From an uncultured bacterium (lineage in GTDB: Bacteria; Desulfobacterota_D; UBA1144; Nemesobacterales; UBA2774), in the NCBI GenBank assembly GCA_963705505.1, contig CAVPJU010000010.1, positions 160,001-224,000 of the forward strand: a stretch of 64,000 nt of DNA. The letters run 5' to 3'. Made by a program: the position numbers and the translations under genes. Of this stretch, positions 31,381 through 41,201 are shown in pieces. Under the pieces are notes generated by a model. It saw only the letters and a list, made by a program, of their open reading frames with translations, was not told where the DNA came from and did not search any database. Numbering within the stretch: position 1 is the first letter of the stretch; every line of letters starts with the position of its first letter.

Positions 31381-32472
31381 ATGCATAAAAAGAGGGTAGT
31401 CGTCGCAATGAGCGGCGGCGTCGACAGCACGACGGTCGCGGCTCTCCTGAAAAAGGAGGGATACGACGTAATAGGCATCACGATGCAGCTCCTGGAATAC
31501 GGCGAGGCTGAAGGGGGGTGCTGTTCCCTTGACCAGGTTGTCGACGCGAGGAGGGCCGCCGAGCAATTAGGCTTCCCTCACTATGTCGTCAATTTCACCG
31601 AGGAGTTCGGTAAATACGTGCTGACGGACTATGTGGACAAGTACAGGTCGGGCAAGACCCCCATACCCTGCGTGCTCTGCAACAAGTTCGTTAAATTCGA
31701 TCTCCTGCTGCGCCGCGCAATCGAGCTCGGAGCCGAATACCTGGCAACCGGGCATTACGCGAGGATAGAGAGGGACGAGGAGAGCGGGAAACTCTCTCTC
31801 AATAAGGCCCGGGACGCGTCCAAGGACCAGACATATTTCCTCCATACGCTCACTCAGAAGGAGCTGAGACGCCTTATGTTCCCCCTCGGCGGCAAGACGA
31901 AGGACGAGGTCAGGGAGATCGCGAAGGGCTTCGGTCTGAGGCAGGCGGAGAAACCCGACAGCACCGGGGTCTGCTTCGTCCCGGACGGGAATTACAGGGA
32001 TTACCTCGAGGCCAGGTCCGCTTTCACCGCGGAGAAGGGCGAGATTGTGAACGCCGGCGGGGAAGTGCTCGGGACTCACAGGGGCGTATTCTCCTTCACC
32101 GTCGGACAGAGGAGGGGCCTCGGAATCGCGACAGGCAAGCCTATGTACGTGACCCGTATAGAGCCCGGATCCAACAGGGTATTCGTAGGAGGGGAGGGTG
32201 AGCTGTACAAGACAAAGCTCCTTGCCGAAGATATAACGTGGGTGGATAATTCTAATATCGCGGATATGTTAAACAACACAGTTGAAGTCAAGGCTAAAGT
32301 GAGATACAGGCATCCCGAAAGCGATGCGCTGCTCAAGATGTGGAGCGATTCGGAAGGAATAGTAGAGTTCACAGACCCGCAGCGCGCAATCACGCCCGGT
32401 CAGGCCGTCGTTTTCTACAAGGGGGACGAGGTGCTGGGAGGCGGATGGATAAAAGAGGTCCTCCCGCAATGA
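31381..32472 (+). CDS. mnmA: tRNA 2-thiouridine(34) synthase
   Basis: AMSGGVDS, TPIPCVLCN, ATGHYAR, KDQTYFL, FTVGQRRGL and AITPGQ. Confidence 0.98.
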   Translation: MHKKRVVVAMSGGVDSTTVAALLKKEGYDVIGITMQLLEYGEAEGGCCSLDQVVDARRAAEQLGFPHYVVNFTEEFGKYVLTDYVDKYRSGKTPIPCVLCNKFVKFDLLLRRAIELGAEYLATGHYARIERDEESGKLSLNKARDASKDQTYFLHTLTQKELRRLMFPLGGKTKDEVREIAKGFGLRQAEKPDSTGVCFVPDGNYRDYLEARSAFTAEKGEIVNAGGEVLGTHRGVFSFTVGQRRGLGIATGKPMYVTRIEPGSNRVFVGGEGELYKTKLLAEDITWVDNSNIADMLNNTVEVKAKVRYRHPESDALLKMWSDSEGIVEFTDPQRAITPGQAVVFYKGDEVLGGGWIKEVLPQ

Positions 32473-33767
32473 AGAGCATATCGGTCGTTACGCTAGGGTG
32501 CAAGGTAAACCAGTACGATACGGCGGCTATACTGAACAGGCTCCCCAAGAGCAAATACGCGAGGGTGCCGTTCCCAGAGAAAGCGGACGTCTACGTTATA
32601 GATACGTGCACCGTTACACACAAGGCCGACGCCGAGGCCAGGCATTACATACACAGGGCGAGGCGCGCGAACCCGGACGGCGTCGTCATCGTCACGGGCT
32701 GTTACGCTCAGGTATCGCCCGACGAGCTGAAAGAGATAAAAGACGTCGATTACGTCATCGGGAACTCGCACAAATTCTCCGAGCTTCTCAAGGTGATAAG
32801 GGAAGGGGAGACCCAGAGCGAGCCTAAATTATTCATTTCAGATATATTCAAAGAGAAGAAAAAGAGCTTCGAGACGCCAGGCATCGAATTTTTCCCCGGA
32901 AGGACGAGGGCGTTCTTGAAAGTGCAGGACGGCTGCAACTACGCCTGCACTTTCTGCATAATACCGCGCGCGAGGGGAAGGTCGAGGAGTCTCCCGGTAG
33001 GGGATATATTGAACCGCATGGAGAAGCTCGCCGACGCGGGTTATAAAGAGATAGTGCTCACGGGCGTGCACATAGCAAGCTACGGCAGGGACATCGGCTC
33101 GAGCTTCTTTGAGCTCCTGAAAAGCATCGAGAATGAGAAGATCGTAAATCGCGTCCGCCTCACGTCTTTAGACCCCGCCGACACGGACGAAGACCTCATC
33201 GAGTTCATCGCGTCCGCCGAAACTATATGCCCCCAGTTCCACATCGCCCTTCAGAGCGGCGACGGTGGCGTGCTCAGGAGGATGAGGAGACGCTATGCGC
33301 CCGAAAGGTTCCTCACGCTCACAAACCTCATACGCAAGATGATTCCCGACGCGGCCATAGGCTCGGATATCATGGTCGGGTTCCCGGGAGAGACAGAGGA
33401 GGAGTTTCAGAGCACTTACGACATCGCAGAGGAATCGCCGCTAACTTATTTTCACGTGTTTCCATATTCTAAGCGCAGGTCGACGCCCGCGGCCTCGATG
33501 GCCGGCCAGGTGCATCCCGATAAGATTAAAGCGAGGAGCGCACTCTTAAGAGAGCTCGGCAGCAAAAAGAAGGCGGCGTTTTACCGGAGCTTCATAGGAA
33601 GGACTTTCCCCATACTCGTCGAGAAGGGCGGGAAGGGCACTACGCCCAACTACATACCGGTGCGTCTCCCGGATGAATGCTTCAATGTCGGAGACGAGAT
33701 CGAAGTCACGATCACCGGGGTCGCCCGAGAAGAGGCCCTGGCGTCCTGCATCCGCGGCCTCTCCTGA
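32469..33767 (+). CDS. mtaB: tRNA t6A37 methylthiotransferase
   Basis: TLGCKVNQYD, TCTVT, LKVQDGCNYACTFCIIPRARG and HVFPYS; ATGA overlap with mnmA. Confidence 0.93.
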   Translation: MKSISVVTLGCKVNQYDTAAILNRLPKSKYARVPFPEKADVYVIDTCTVTHKADAEARHYIHRARRANPDGVVIVTGCYAQVSPDELKEIKDVDYVIGNSHKFSELLKVIREGETQSEPKLFISDIFKEKKKSFETPGIEFFPGRTRAFLKVQDGCNYACTFCIIPRARGRSRSLPVGDILNRMEKLADAGYKEIVLTGVHIASYGRDIGSSFFELLKSIENEKIVNRVRLTSLDPADTDEDLIEFIASAETICPQFHIALQSGDGGVLRRMRRRYAPERFLTLTNLIRKMIPDAAIGSDIMVGFPGETEEEFQSTYDIAEESPLTYFHVFPYSKRRSTPAASMAGQVHPDKIKARSALLRELGSKKKAAFYRSFIGRTFPILVEKGGKGTTPNYIPVRLPDECFNVGDEIEVTITGVAREEALASCIRGLS

Positions 33768-33788
33768 CCTCGTATTATTTAACTGAGA

Positions 33789-34700
33789 ATGAAAAGACGT
33801 TTAGTACCACTATTACTTTTCTTTTTCCTCACGCTCACAGGCTGCAATGTCGGTGCTTCATCGGGCAAGGCGCTTACGGCGGAGAACTGGTTCATACCGG
33901 ACGAAACGCTCACCGTATGGACGCTCTCAGACACTCATATCAAAAATGAAGCACACATCAAGCCTTTCCAAAACGCGATCGGGGATATTAACGAGAACGT
34001 CCCGGATATAGACATGGCTATCAATGCGGGCGACGTAGTAAATTTTCCGACTGAGGAGAGCTATGACCTCTATATCAGGACGAGAGACCAGTCCTACATC
34101 AAGGAATGGCACGAGATAATCGGTAACCACGATTACAAGACGGACAAGGGGAAAATATTCCAATCGAAGCTCAAGGAAAAGCCGAACTATACCGTCGAGA
34201 AGGGGAACATACTCTTCATCTTCATGTCAAACGCCGACAGGGGCAAAGCAACGGTCATTTCGGACGAGACGTTCGAATGGTGGAAAGATCTCGTTATAAA
34301 GAATCAGGATAAAATCATAGTCGTTATTACGCACGCGCCGCTCGACGGGAGCGGAATAACGTTCTCCGGCATTAAGGAGAGGCAGATAACGGACTCGAAA
34401 AGGTTCAGGGATGTGCTCAAGAAATACAAAGTCGATCTCTGGTTCTCGGGACACCTCCATATCCCGCAGGAGATGTTCGGCACCATCGTGAAACAGAAAA
34501 AATTAAACGGCACCGTTTTTATCGAGTTATCGTCCATACGCCCTGACATTATGGGTATGAAGGAGCCCGAATCGAGGGTCGTGTACTTTGCCTGCGGGAC
34601 CGACAAGGTGCTGGTGAGGTCGCGTAACCATGAGATGAGGACATTCATGCCAGCCCTCGACAAGGTCTTCACGCTCTCAAAGCCCTATAAGTGCGACTGA
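33789..34700 (+). CDS. Metallophosphoesterase lipoprotein
   Basis: Lipobox LTGC; SDTH, AGDV, GNHD, THAP and SGHLH. Confidence 0.88.
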   Translation: MKRRLVPLLLFFFLTLTGCNVGASSGKALTAENWFIPDETLTVWTLSDTHIKNEAHIKPFQNAIGDINENVPDIDMAINAGDVVNFPTEESYDLYIRTRDQSYIKEWHEIIGNHDYKTDKGKIFQSKLKEKPNYTVEKGNILFIFMSNADRGKATVISDETFEWWKDLVIKNQDKIIVVITHAPLDGSGITFSGIKERQITDSKRFRDVLKKYKVDLWFSGHLHIPQEMFGTIVKQKKLNGTVFIELSSIRPDIMGMKEPESRVVYFACGTDKVLVRSRNHEMRTFMPALDKVFTLSKPYKCD

Positions 34701-35039
34701 CACACGATGTGTGCGGATAAACGTTACTTCCATAAATCATCAGCCGGTCAACAAACGTAGCCGCGACCGCGGCAATCTTCGTCTTATTATTAGTCGTCAT
34801 TCACGAATAACGATTGTAAGCGAGCGCACAATCGGCAGCTCCTGGTTGATTACAAATAAATTCTGTATCTCATGGCGCTTCAGCGATACAAGTCGAAAAA
34901 ATCGGGAATCCCTCTCTTTTGTCTTGTCATTTCGAAGCGGAGTGCGAGCAATTTATCTTTTACCATTCTCCATTATCATTTCAACTGTAGGAGCGCCATT
35001 CTAGCGCGATGTATAGGAGAGTAAGGGCGGATTCCCCGC

Positions 35040-36645
35040 TCACAGCATCTTCCGCTTCCTCTTGAGGTAATCGACGAAGAGGTATTTCCCGAGCTGATCG
35101 GGGGTGGTGAAAAAGGCGCGTCCCTTGTTGATGCGGGTCATCTCGTCCACGAAGCGCCTCAGAGAAGGACTGTCGTCGAGCATGAACGTATTTATGCGTA
35201 TTCCCATGCCGGTCACCCGCTTCACTTCTTTTAAGCGTTTCAAAAGTGGCTCTGGGAGAGAGCCCCCCGAAGAACATCGGCAGCTCGACCTGGAGATAGC
35301 CGTCGAGGTAATATGCCGTGGGCTGCCCGTCTGTGATAAGTATTATCTGCTTGTTCGTGTTCCTGTACCTGGATAGCGTCTTCGCCGCGACGGAAAGTGC
35401 TTCCTGGATATTAGTGAACGGGTCGTTCGAATCCCAGGTCGTCACGGCGAGGTCTTTGGTCTTGAGCCTTCTGGCCCCCGTGGAAAACCCTATTATATGG
35501 AAATCGTCCTTCGGGTATTTCGTCCTTATCAGATGGTCGAGCGCGAGCGCGACCCTTTTAGCCGCCGGGAACCTGCCCTGAAAGCTCATCGACCAGCTGA
35601 GGTCGAGGAGCAGCGCCGTCGTCGCGTGCGTATGGTATTCGGTTTCATAGACCTCGAAGTCCTCGGGCTCTACCTTGATCCCTTTACCATCGGGCTCCCT
35701 GACGAGGGATTTTTTGAGCGTGTTCACTATATTGAGGTTAAACGGGTCCCCGAACTCGTACTCTTTGGACTCTTCGGGCTTTGCAGAGCCGGATCCCCTG
35801 AGCCCCGTCTCGTGCTCGGCGACCTTGTTGCGTTTAAGCGATGAGAATATATCCGTAAGGGCGGACTCTCCGAGCTTCCTTATGCCCCTCGGCGTAAGCT
35901 CCGTACGCTCGCCGCTAGTCCGGATAAAACCGGATTTCTCGAGTGTGGATTTAAAGCTCTTTAGGAGAATCAACGATCTATGAGCTTCCCCGCTCAAAAT
36001 ATCGCCCAGTGCTTCGGGGCTTATCTCGTCGAAATTCCCCGAGATGAGGCTCTTCTCGATCCTCTCCAGCCCTTCGAGCCTGTCTATCAATTCCAGGAGA
36101 CGGTCGAACTCGATAGGGGATTCACCCGTAAACTTCTCACCGTAACGTTTGATGAACCTCTCGACTTTCTTTATGTCTTCTATCCTGTCGAGGAGCGCCC
36201 GGAACCTCTCTCCCGCCTCCTGGTCAAGGAATTCATAATCCTTCAGGCTCTCGACCGCCGAGCTAGGCTTTCCCTGAAGGCTGTTAAGGAAATTTTCCCT
36301 CTCCTCCAGGTCGGAAGAATCGGCAGGCAGGACACTGTTTAAATAACTCAGCTCACGGTCGATTATTTCCCCGAGCTCGTCTTTTATCTCCGCGAGTGCA
36401 GCCTTCGGGTTATACCTGTCATAGACATTCTGCCTCCAGCCCCCAAGCTCGGAGCGGAGATCGTCTATCCCCATGACCCTCATCCTGAGTCCCTTGAGCC
36501 CTTGCTTCAGTATCCATTCGTAGGCCTCATCAGGGGTCCAGCCCTCCATAAGGTAATCCGAGAACTCGCTGAAGAAGTCCTCAGCGCCGAGATCCAGCCC
36601 GGACTGTGTCCCGTCCCACTTCGTGTACTTGTACGTGACAGTCAT
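35040..36645 (-). CDS. VWA-domain protein (Rv0959-like); +1 frameshift in the T4 run at 35229-35232
   Basis: YTKWDGTQ, LTPRGIRKLG, MIDAS DLSWSM, TNIQEAL and ITDGQPTA. The corrected tail ETLKEVKRVT...INTFML...NKGRAF...DYLKRKRKML* fits the family. Confidence 0.88.
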
Positions 36646-38039
36646 TTGTATACTATCTTTCCTCTGACGTTTTCCTTGTTCAGCTTGTTGCTGAGATGGA
36701 GCCCTTCGAGAGTGAACTCCACGGCCGAAGCTATCTCCGCCGGGGACTCCGCTATACCCAGCGCGTCGATACACCTCTGGAGCCCCTTTATCTCCTTTAC
36801 GCCCAATATATAATCCTCCGAAGGCATCACGTCGGCTACCTCTACATAGCCGTGCTCGAAGCTTGTTATGAGCTCGGACATTATATCGAGAGAAGGGAAA
36901 TAGGCATCGAACACGGTTTTAATGGAGCGCTTTATGAGCTTTTCCACGACCGCCCCCTCCGAGGAGTCCTCGCCCAGGTATTCGAGCTCTATTTTTCCGC
37001 TCGTCGAGGGGACGATGGACGGGAAATCCGTTATCCTGGGCGCGACTTCCCGCTCGCCCAGCCTGATTCCCCTCTTTTCCGCAGCCGCAATGATGCTTTC
37101 GTAGTTAGCTATAGTGGTCCTCACGCTCACGCCCGAGCGCTGGTTTATATCGCCCGAGCTTCTCGCCTGAAACGATATCTCTGCGATTATCTCCTTAATG
37201 AACCTCGGTACCCTGAGCGCGAAGCCGTCGACGTCTGGAACGTACGATTCCTGCTCCATGATCATTATCTCTACCTCCCGTGTCCTCGGGTAATGTGTGC
37301 TGATCTGCGCCTGGAACCTGTCCTTGAGCGGTGTGATTATCCTTCCCCTGTTCGTGTAGTCCTCGGGGTTCGCGGTGGCCACCATGCAGATGTCGAGAGG
37401 GAGCCTGATCTTGTAGCCTTTTATCTGGATGTCCTTCTCCTCCATCACGTTAAAGAGCCCCACCTGAACCTTTTCAACGAGGTCCGGAAGCTCGTTTATC
37501 GCGAAAATTCCCCTGTTAGTCCTGGGTATAAGACCGAAGTGTATTGTGAGCTCGTCCGACAGGTATCTCCCTTCGGCGACTTTTATAGGGTCTACTTCCC
37601 CTATTAAATCGGCCACCGAAACGTCGGGCGTCGCCAGCTTCTCGCTGTACCTGGCTTCCCGGCCTATCCACTCTATCTCCGTGTCGTCCCCGTACTTCCC
37701 GACCAGCTCCCTGCAGTATCTCGTAACCGGGGCGTAGGGGCTGTCGTTGAGCTCGCCCCCCTTTATAACGGGCACCTCGTCGTCGAGGAGGTTTACGAGA
37801 GCCCTGATGAGCCGTGACTTGGCCTGCCCCCTTTCGCCGATGAATATCAGGTCGTGCCCCGCCAGCACAGCGGTCTCGATCTGCGGAATAACGGTCTCTT
37901 CGTACCCGATGATCCCCGGGAATACGGTCTCGCCGCTCCTCAGCTTCCGTATGAGGTTCTTCCTCATTTCGTCCTTCACGGAGAGCACCCTGTATTCGCT
38001 TGCCTTTAGTTCCCCGATCGTTGCGGGTTTCTGGAACAT
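36642..38039 (-). CDS. AAA+ ATPase, Mg-chelatase ChlI-like (Rv0958-like)
   Basis: Walker A GERGQAKS, LIGEVDPIKVAEG, AINELPDL, TANPEDYTNRGRIITPLKDRF and SGVSVR; ATGA overlap with the VWA gene. Confidence 0.9.
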   Translation of the reverse strand: MFQKPATIGELKASEYRVLSVKDEMRKNLIRKLRSGETVFPGIIGYEETVIPQIETAVLAGHDLIFIGERGQAKSRLIRALVNLLDDEVPVIKGGELNDSPYAPVTRYCRELVGKYGDDTEIEWIGREARYSEKLATPDVSVADLIGEVDPIKVAEGRYLSDELTIHFGLIPRTNRGIFAINELPDLVEKVQVGLFNVMEEKDIQIKGYKIRLPLDICMVATANPEDYTNRGRIITPLKDRFQAQISTHYPRTREVEIMIMEQESYVPDVDGFALRVPRFIKEIIAEISFQARSSGDINQRSGVSVRTTIANYESIIAAAEKRGIRLGEREVAPRITDFPSIVPSTSGKIELEYLGEDSSEGAVVEKLIKRSIKTVFDAYFPSLDIMSELITSFEHGYVEVADVMPSEDYILGVKEIKGLQRCIDALGIAESPAEIASAVEFTLEGLHLSNKLNKENVRGKIVYK

Positions 38040-38254
38040 TATTTTATCCCTCCGGAATATTCGGCTTTCTTTCCTTCTCTCCTGCGTGACGTATTCATCA
38101 GGACAGCCTCAGTCATCGGCAGACTCACAATATACGGCTTCATTCAGCAGCGCCGTAAAAACAGGCTTCCGCTACTTACAAGTTTACACGGAAAATTATA
38201 ATCGTATTCCGTGTCGTTTTGAAGCCGAATTATTCCCATTCACCCCGTTCGGTC

Positions 38255-38283
38255 TTTTAAAGAGCGGGGACCGGGGATATAAT
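38255..38283 (+). promoter_or_regulatory. Putative sigma-70 promoter upstream of the structured leader and anti-sigma gene
   Basis: TTTTAA (38255-38260), 17 nt, perfect TATAAT (38278-38283). Confidence 0.45.
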
Positions 38284-38293
38284 GATGATGTAA

Positions 38294-38474
38294 TAAGGGA
38301 CGGAATAAACGGCTTTCAGAGTCGAGTCCCTTAATTTTTCATCTAACAGTGGTGGAGGGAGCGGCCGGAGTACCCGTCTCAAGGTGTCGGGGACTCAAGA
38401 TCCTGCTTCAAATTGTGTTCCGACAGGCATAGTTCGCCCAGAGGTACGGTATTTGGAACGGTGCGCCCTTCCGG
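38294..38474 (+). ncRNA. Candidate structured RNA or leader of unknown family
   Basis: Hairpin TAAGGGAC/GTCCCTTA plus T-tract, then nested stems GGAGGGAGCGGCCG/CGGTGCGCCCTTCC, GTACC..TCT/AGAGGTAC and TGTCGGGG/TTCCGACA. G-U pairs favour the + strand. Confidence 0.4.
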
Positions 38475-38487
38475 AGAAAGCGTCATC

Positions 38488-38727
38488 ATGTTCATGTGCA
38501 GGGATCTTGTCGAGAATATAATGGATTACATAGATAACGAGCTCGACCTTAAAACGCTCGAAGAGCTGGAAAAGCACGCGAACGAGTGTCCCGAATGCAG
38601 AGCGTTCGTGGATACCTACAAGAGGATGCTCGAGCTTACCGGAAAGCTTAAGGACAGCTCGTTCGTCACGCCGGAAATAAGAAACAGGCTTAAAATCCTC
38701 CTTAAATCGAAGATCAAGCCGAGTTAA
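38488..38727 (+). CDS. Small zinc-binding anti-sigma factor-like protein (zf-HC2/ZAS)
   Basis: C...DYIDNEL...HANECPEC (HxxxCxxC); GGAG RBS at 38473-38476. Confidence 0.85.
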   Translation: MFMCRDLVENIMDYIDNELDLKTLEELEKHANECPECRAFVDTYKRMLELTGKLKDSSFVTPEIRNRLKILLKSKIKPS

Positions 38728-38984
38728 CCCCTCTCGGTTGCCAACTTTAATCAATTAGTATCCGTATCCGTATTTCTTTAAAAGCGAATCTCCAATAAAA
38801 CGGGTAGATTCCATATTGAGAAATCTAATGTTTTTCATGATACCTTTGTGTCCCGGCGGCTATCTTTCACTACAATCCTTCCCCTCGTTTATAAATCCCC
38901 GGCCCCCGGCGCGACGCAAAAAATTAATTTACTATTCTCTCCGTTCCGTATATATACTATAATGATTAACTTAGATGGGTTCAG

Positions 38985-40331
38985 ATGAAAGGGGATATTG
39001 ACAAGGATCTCGCTCAGGAGAATCTGAAAAGGATTTCTGCTAATTTCGAACTGGAGCTCCTGCGTCTCATAAAGACGCTAAACCTGATTTCCCAGTCAAA
39101 GGAGCTTTATAAAGGGCAGATAACCTTCATTCAGGCGCTGACTGACAGATATAAGCTGAGGTTAAGCGATTTCACTATACGTCTTCTCGACATGGAGAGG
39201 AAGTCGCATGAGGTTTCCCTCGCCCAGGATACGGAAAACCTGTTCACTCCCCCTAAAGAGTCCTCGCTCAGCCCCGCTGCCGTCATCGAAGTCATAACCG
39301 AAATCAGGCAATACTTTAACGAGATCAGCACGGAGATCGAAAGCAACAAAAACGATTATCTGAATAAGCTCGATTCTATTTACGCCGTGTATAACCTCCA
39401 GCTGGGCGCCTCCCAGACAGACCTCGACCTCAAGCTGAGGGAGCTCCAGAGGGAGATATCCCGCGTTTCCGATTCCAACGGCTCCGGCGGCAGCGAAAAG
39501 GATAAAGCCGCGGACATCACACAAATCGATTATGTAAAACCGACTCTCCAGCAGCCTGAAACCCTGAAGCCTAAGGAGAGAAGAATAGACTACATAGGAC
39601 CCGACGAGCCGAAAACTCAGGTCCCTCATAAACCTGCCGCGCAAGCAACGCCTAACGCCAAGGCAAAAACTGAAACAAAAACCGGCGCCAAGGCAGCGGG
39701 CGAGGAAGAGGAGAAGGACACAAAGATAAAAAACTCATACGTCATCGGCGCGGGTCTCCTGATCCTCGGCATCATCGTGGGCGTCCTTTTCTATGACATG
39801 CTCATGAGGATGTGGGGAGTCGAGGACGTTTCCGTCGTGGACACCAAAACTTATTCTCCCCCCGGCAGTAAAGGCGTTCAGAAAGCCCCCGCTCCGCCGG
39901 CAGCAAAAAAAGAAGCAAAAGCCCCCGCAGCTCCGGATTCCGGGACTGAAAAGGCAAAGGAAGATAACAATTTATTCCCAATGACAAAGCCGCAGCAGCA
40001 AGCGGAAGCAGAGAAACCTTCAAAGCCCGTCGAAACCGTTACCGATCAGGTACAGCCAAAGGCGGAGAAGGAGACATCTTCGGCTCCCCCCGTCGAGTCC
40101 GATCAATCCAAACAGATAGCAACGCCGGGAGCGCAGGTTAGCTACACGGTTATAGGCGTCGGCGCTAACGTCAGGAACGGTCCCGGAATGGGCAACGACA
40201 TCGTCACCGTCGTAAACGAGGGCGATGTATTCAAAGGATTAGGGGAACAGAGCGGAAGGTGGGTAAAGATCCTCGCGCCCGACGGCAAAGAGGGCTGGAT
40301 ATCGACGAAAGTCGTCCGGGTCGTCGAATAA
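38985..40331 (+). CDS. Bitopic membrane protein: N-terminal coiled coil, TM helix, Pro/Lys/Ala linker, C-terminal SH3b domain
   Basis: TM VIGAGLLILGIIVGVLFY; SH3b ANVRNGPG...WVKI...GKEGWIS. Confidence 0.8.
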   Translation: MKGDIDKDLAQENLKRISANFELELLRLIKTLNLISQSKELYKGQITFIQALTDRYKLRLSDFTIRLLDMERKSHEVSLAQDTENLFTPPKESSLSPAAVIEVITEIRQYFNEISTEIESNKNDYLNKLDSIYAVYNLQLGASQTDLDLKLRELQREISRVSDSNGSGGSEKDKAADITQIDYVKPTLQQPETLKPKERRIDYIGPDEPKTQVPHKPAAQATPNAKAKTETKTGAKAAGEEEEKDTKIKNSYVIGAGLLILGIIVGVLFYDMLMRMWGVEDVSVVDTKTYSPPGSKGVQKAPAPPAAKKEAKAPAAPDSGTEKAKEDNNLFPMTKPQQQAEAEKPSKPVETVTDQVQPKAEKETSSAPPVESDQSKQIATPGAQVSYTVIGVGANVRNGPGMGNDIVTVVNEGDVFKGLGEQSGRWVKILAPDGKEGWISTKVVRVVE

Positions 40332-40373
40332 ACCCGTAACCGGAGACCCCCGGGCCGCCATTCACTGTAAAAA

Positions 40374-41063
40374 CTAATTCGTTTTCGATTTCTTCGATTG
40401 CGGTTGAGGTTTGAGGTTCGCAGAGGACATGCCGGGGCTCAAACCAGTATCAGTTTTGTAGAGCTCCTTATATATCGCGTCCGCTTTCTGGGGCTGCCCG
40501 AGCTTCTCATACGCCATCGCCATGTGAATTTGTGCCCGCTCTTCATAGGGGCTTCCTTGGCCGCGCGGGAATTTCGAAAGGAATTCTATCGCCTGCTGCC
40601 ACTCTCCCTGTTTAAACCTCGCAAGCCCCTGAGTAAGCACCGCAGATTGGTTCAGCGTGTCTTCATCTACACCCGCGTCGAGAAATTCGTTGAGATCGTT
40701 TATGCACTCGTCGTACTTCCCGAGCTTGAAGTTGATGATACCGGCATAGTATATAGCGATATCCGTGATTTTCCGATCCGGATATTTCGTTTTGAGCGAG
40801 AGGAATTCACTCAAAGCCTCCTCATTATTTCCCGCGTTATACTTTTTTACGGCCTCGTTGAACATAGTTACGGCTTCCTCGCCCTTGTTTTCCCTGTAGC
40901 CGTTCGCAATGTACGCCGCCACGAGCACGGCGATGATTATAACTACAAACAAGACTATCTTTCTGGAGTGATCGGAGAAGTATTCGAAGCCCGCAATGAC
41001 GGTACTGCTGAACTTATCGGGCCCTTTGAGCTCTTTCTGTGTGTATTTGATTTTCTTTGCCAT
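40374..41063 (-). CDS. Membrane-anchored TPR protein (YfgM-like)
   Basis: KELKGPDKF N-terminus, TM IVLFVVIIIAVLVAAY, and TPR repeats (KYPD...AIYYAG, AMAYEKLGQPQKA). Confidence 0.78.
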   Translation of the reverse strand: MAKKIKYTQKELKGPDKFSSTVIAGFEYFSDHSRKIVLFVVIIIAVLVAAYIANGYRENKGEEAVTMFNEAVKKYNAGNNEEALSEFLSLKTKYPDRKITDIAIYYAGIINFKLGKYDECINDLNEFLDAGVDEDTLNQSAVLTQGLARFKQGEWQQAIEFLSKFPRGQGSPYEERAQIHMAMAYEKLGQPQKADAIYKELYKTDTGLSPGMSSANLKPQPQSKKSKTN

Positions 41064-41201
41064 GGGGAGAATTATAATCAGAGGCATCAGAAATACAAGA
41101 TTATTAGACGCGCCCCGAATACGCCCGGGCGCTGCGCCTGATCCCTTCCTTTTCCTTGCGGTTTCACGCCCTTAGAGCTAAACTAAACTGAGGGCACGGG
41201 C

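Noticed and set aside
38338..38410. SAM-I riboswitch resemblance (ATC...GGTGGAGGGA..GGCC)
   Set aside because: The downstream conserved GCAACC and GTGC..ATTCC elements and the closing P1 strand are missing, and the downstream gene is unrelated to sulfur metabolism.
38350..38473. tRNA/tmRNA-like 3' end (minus strand ...CCCTCCACCA) and a CTTCAAA Sec-anticodon-like loop on the plus strand
   Set aside because: No TTCGA T-loop, no clean acceptor stem and no anticodon stem around CTTCAAA; a cloverleaf cannot be built.
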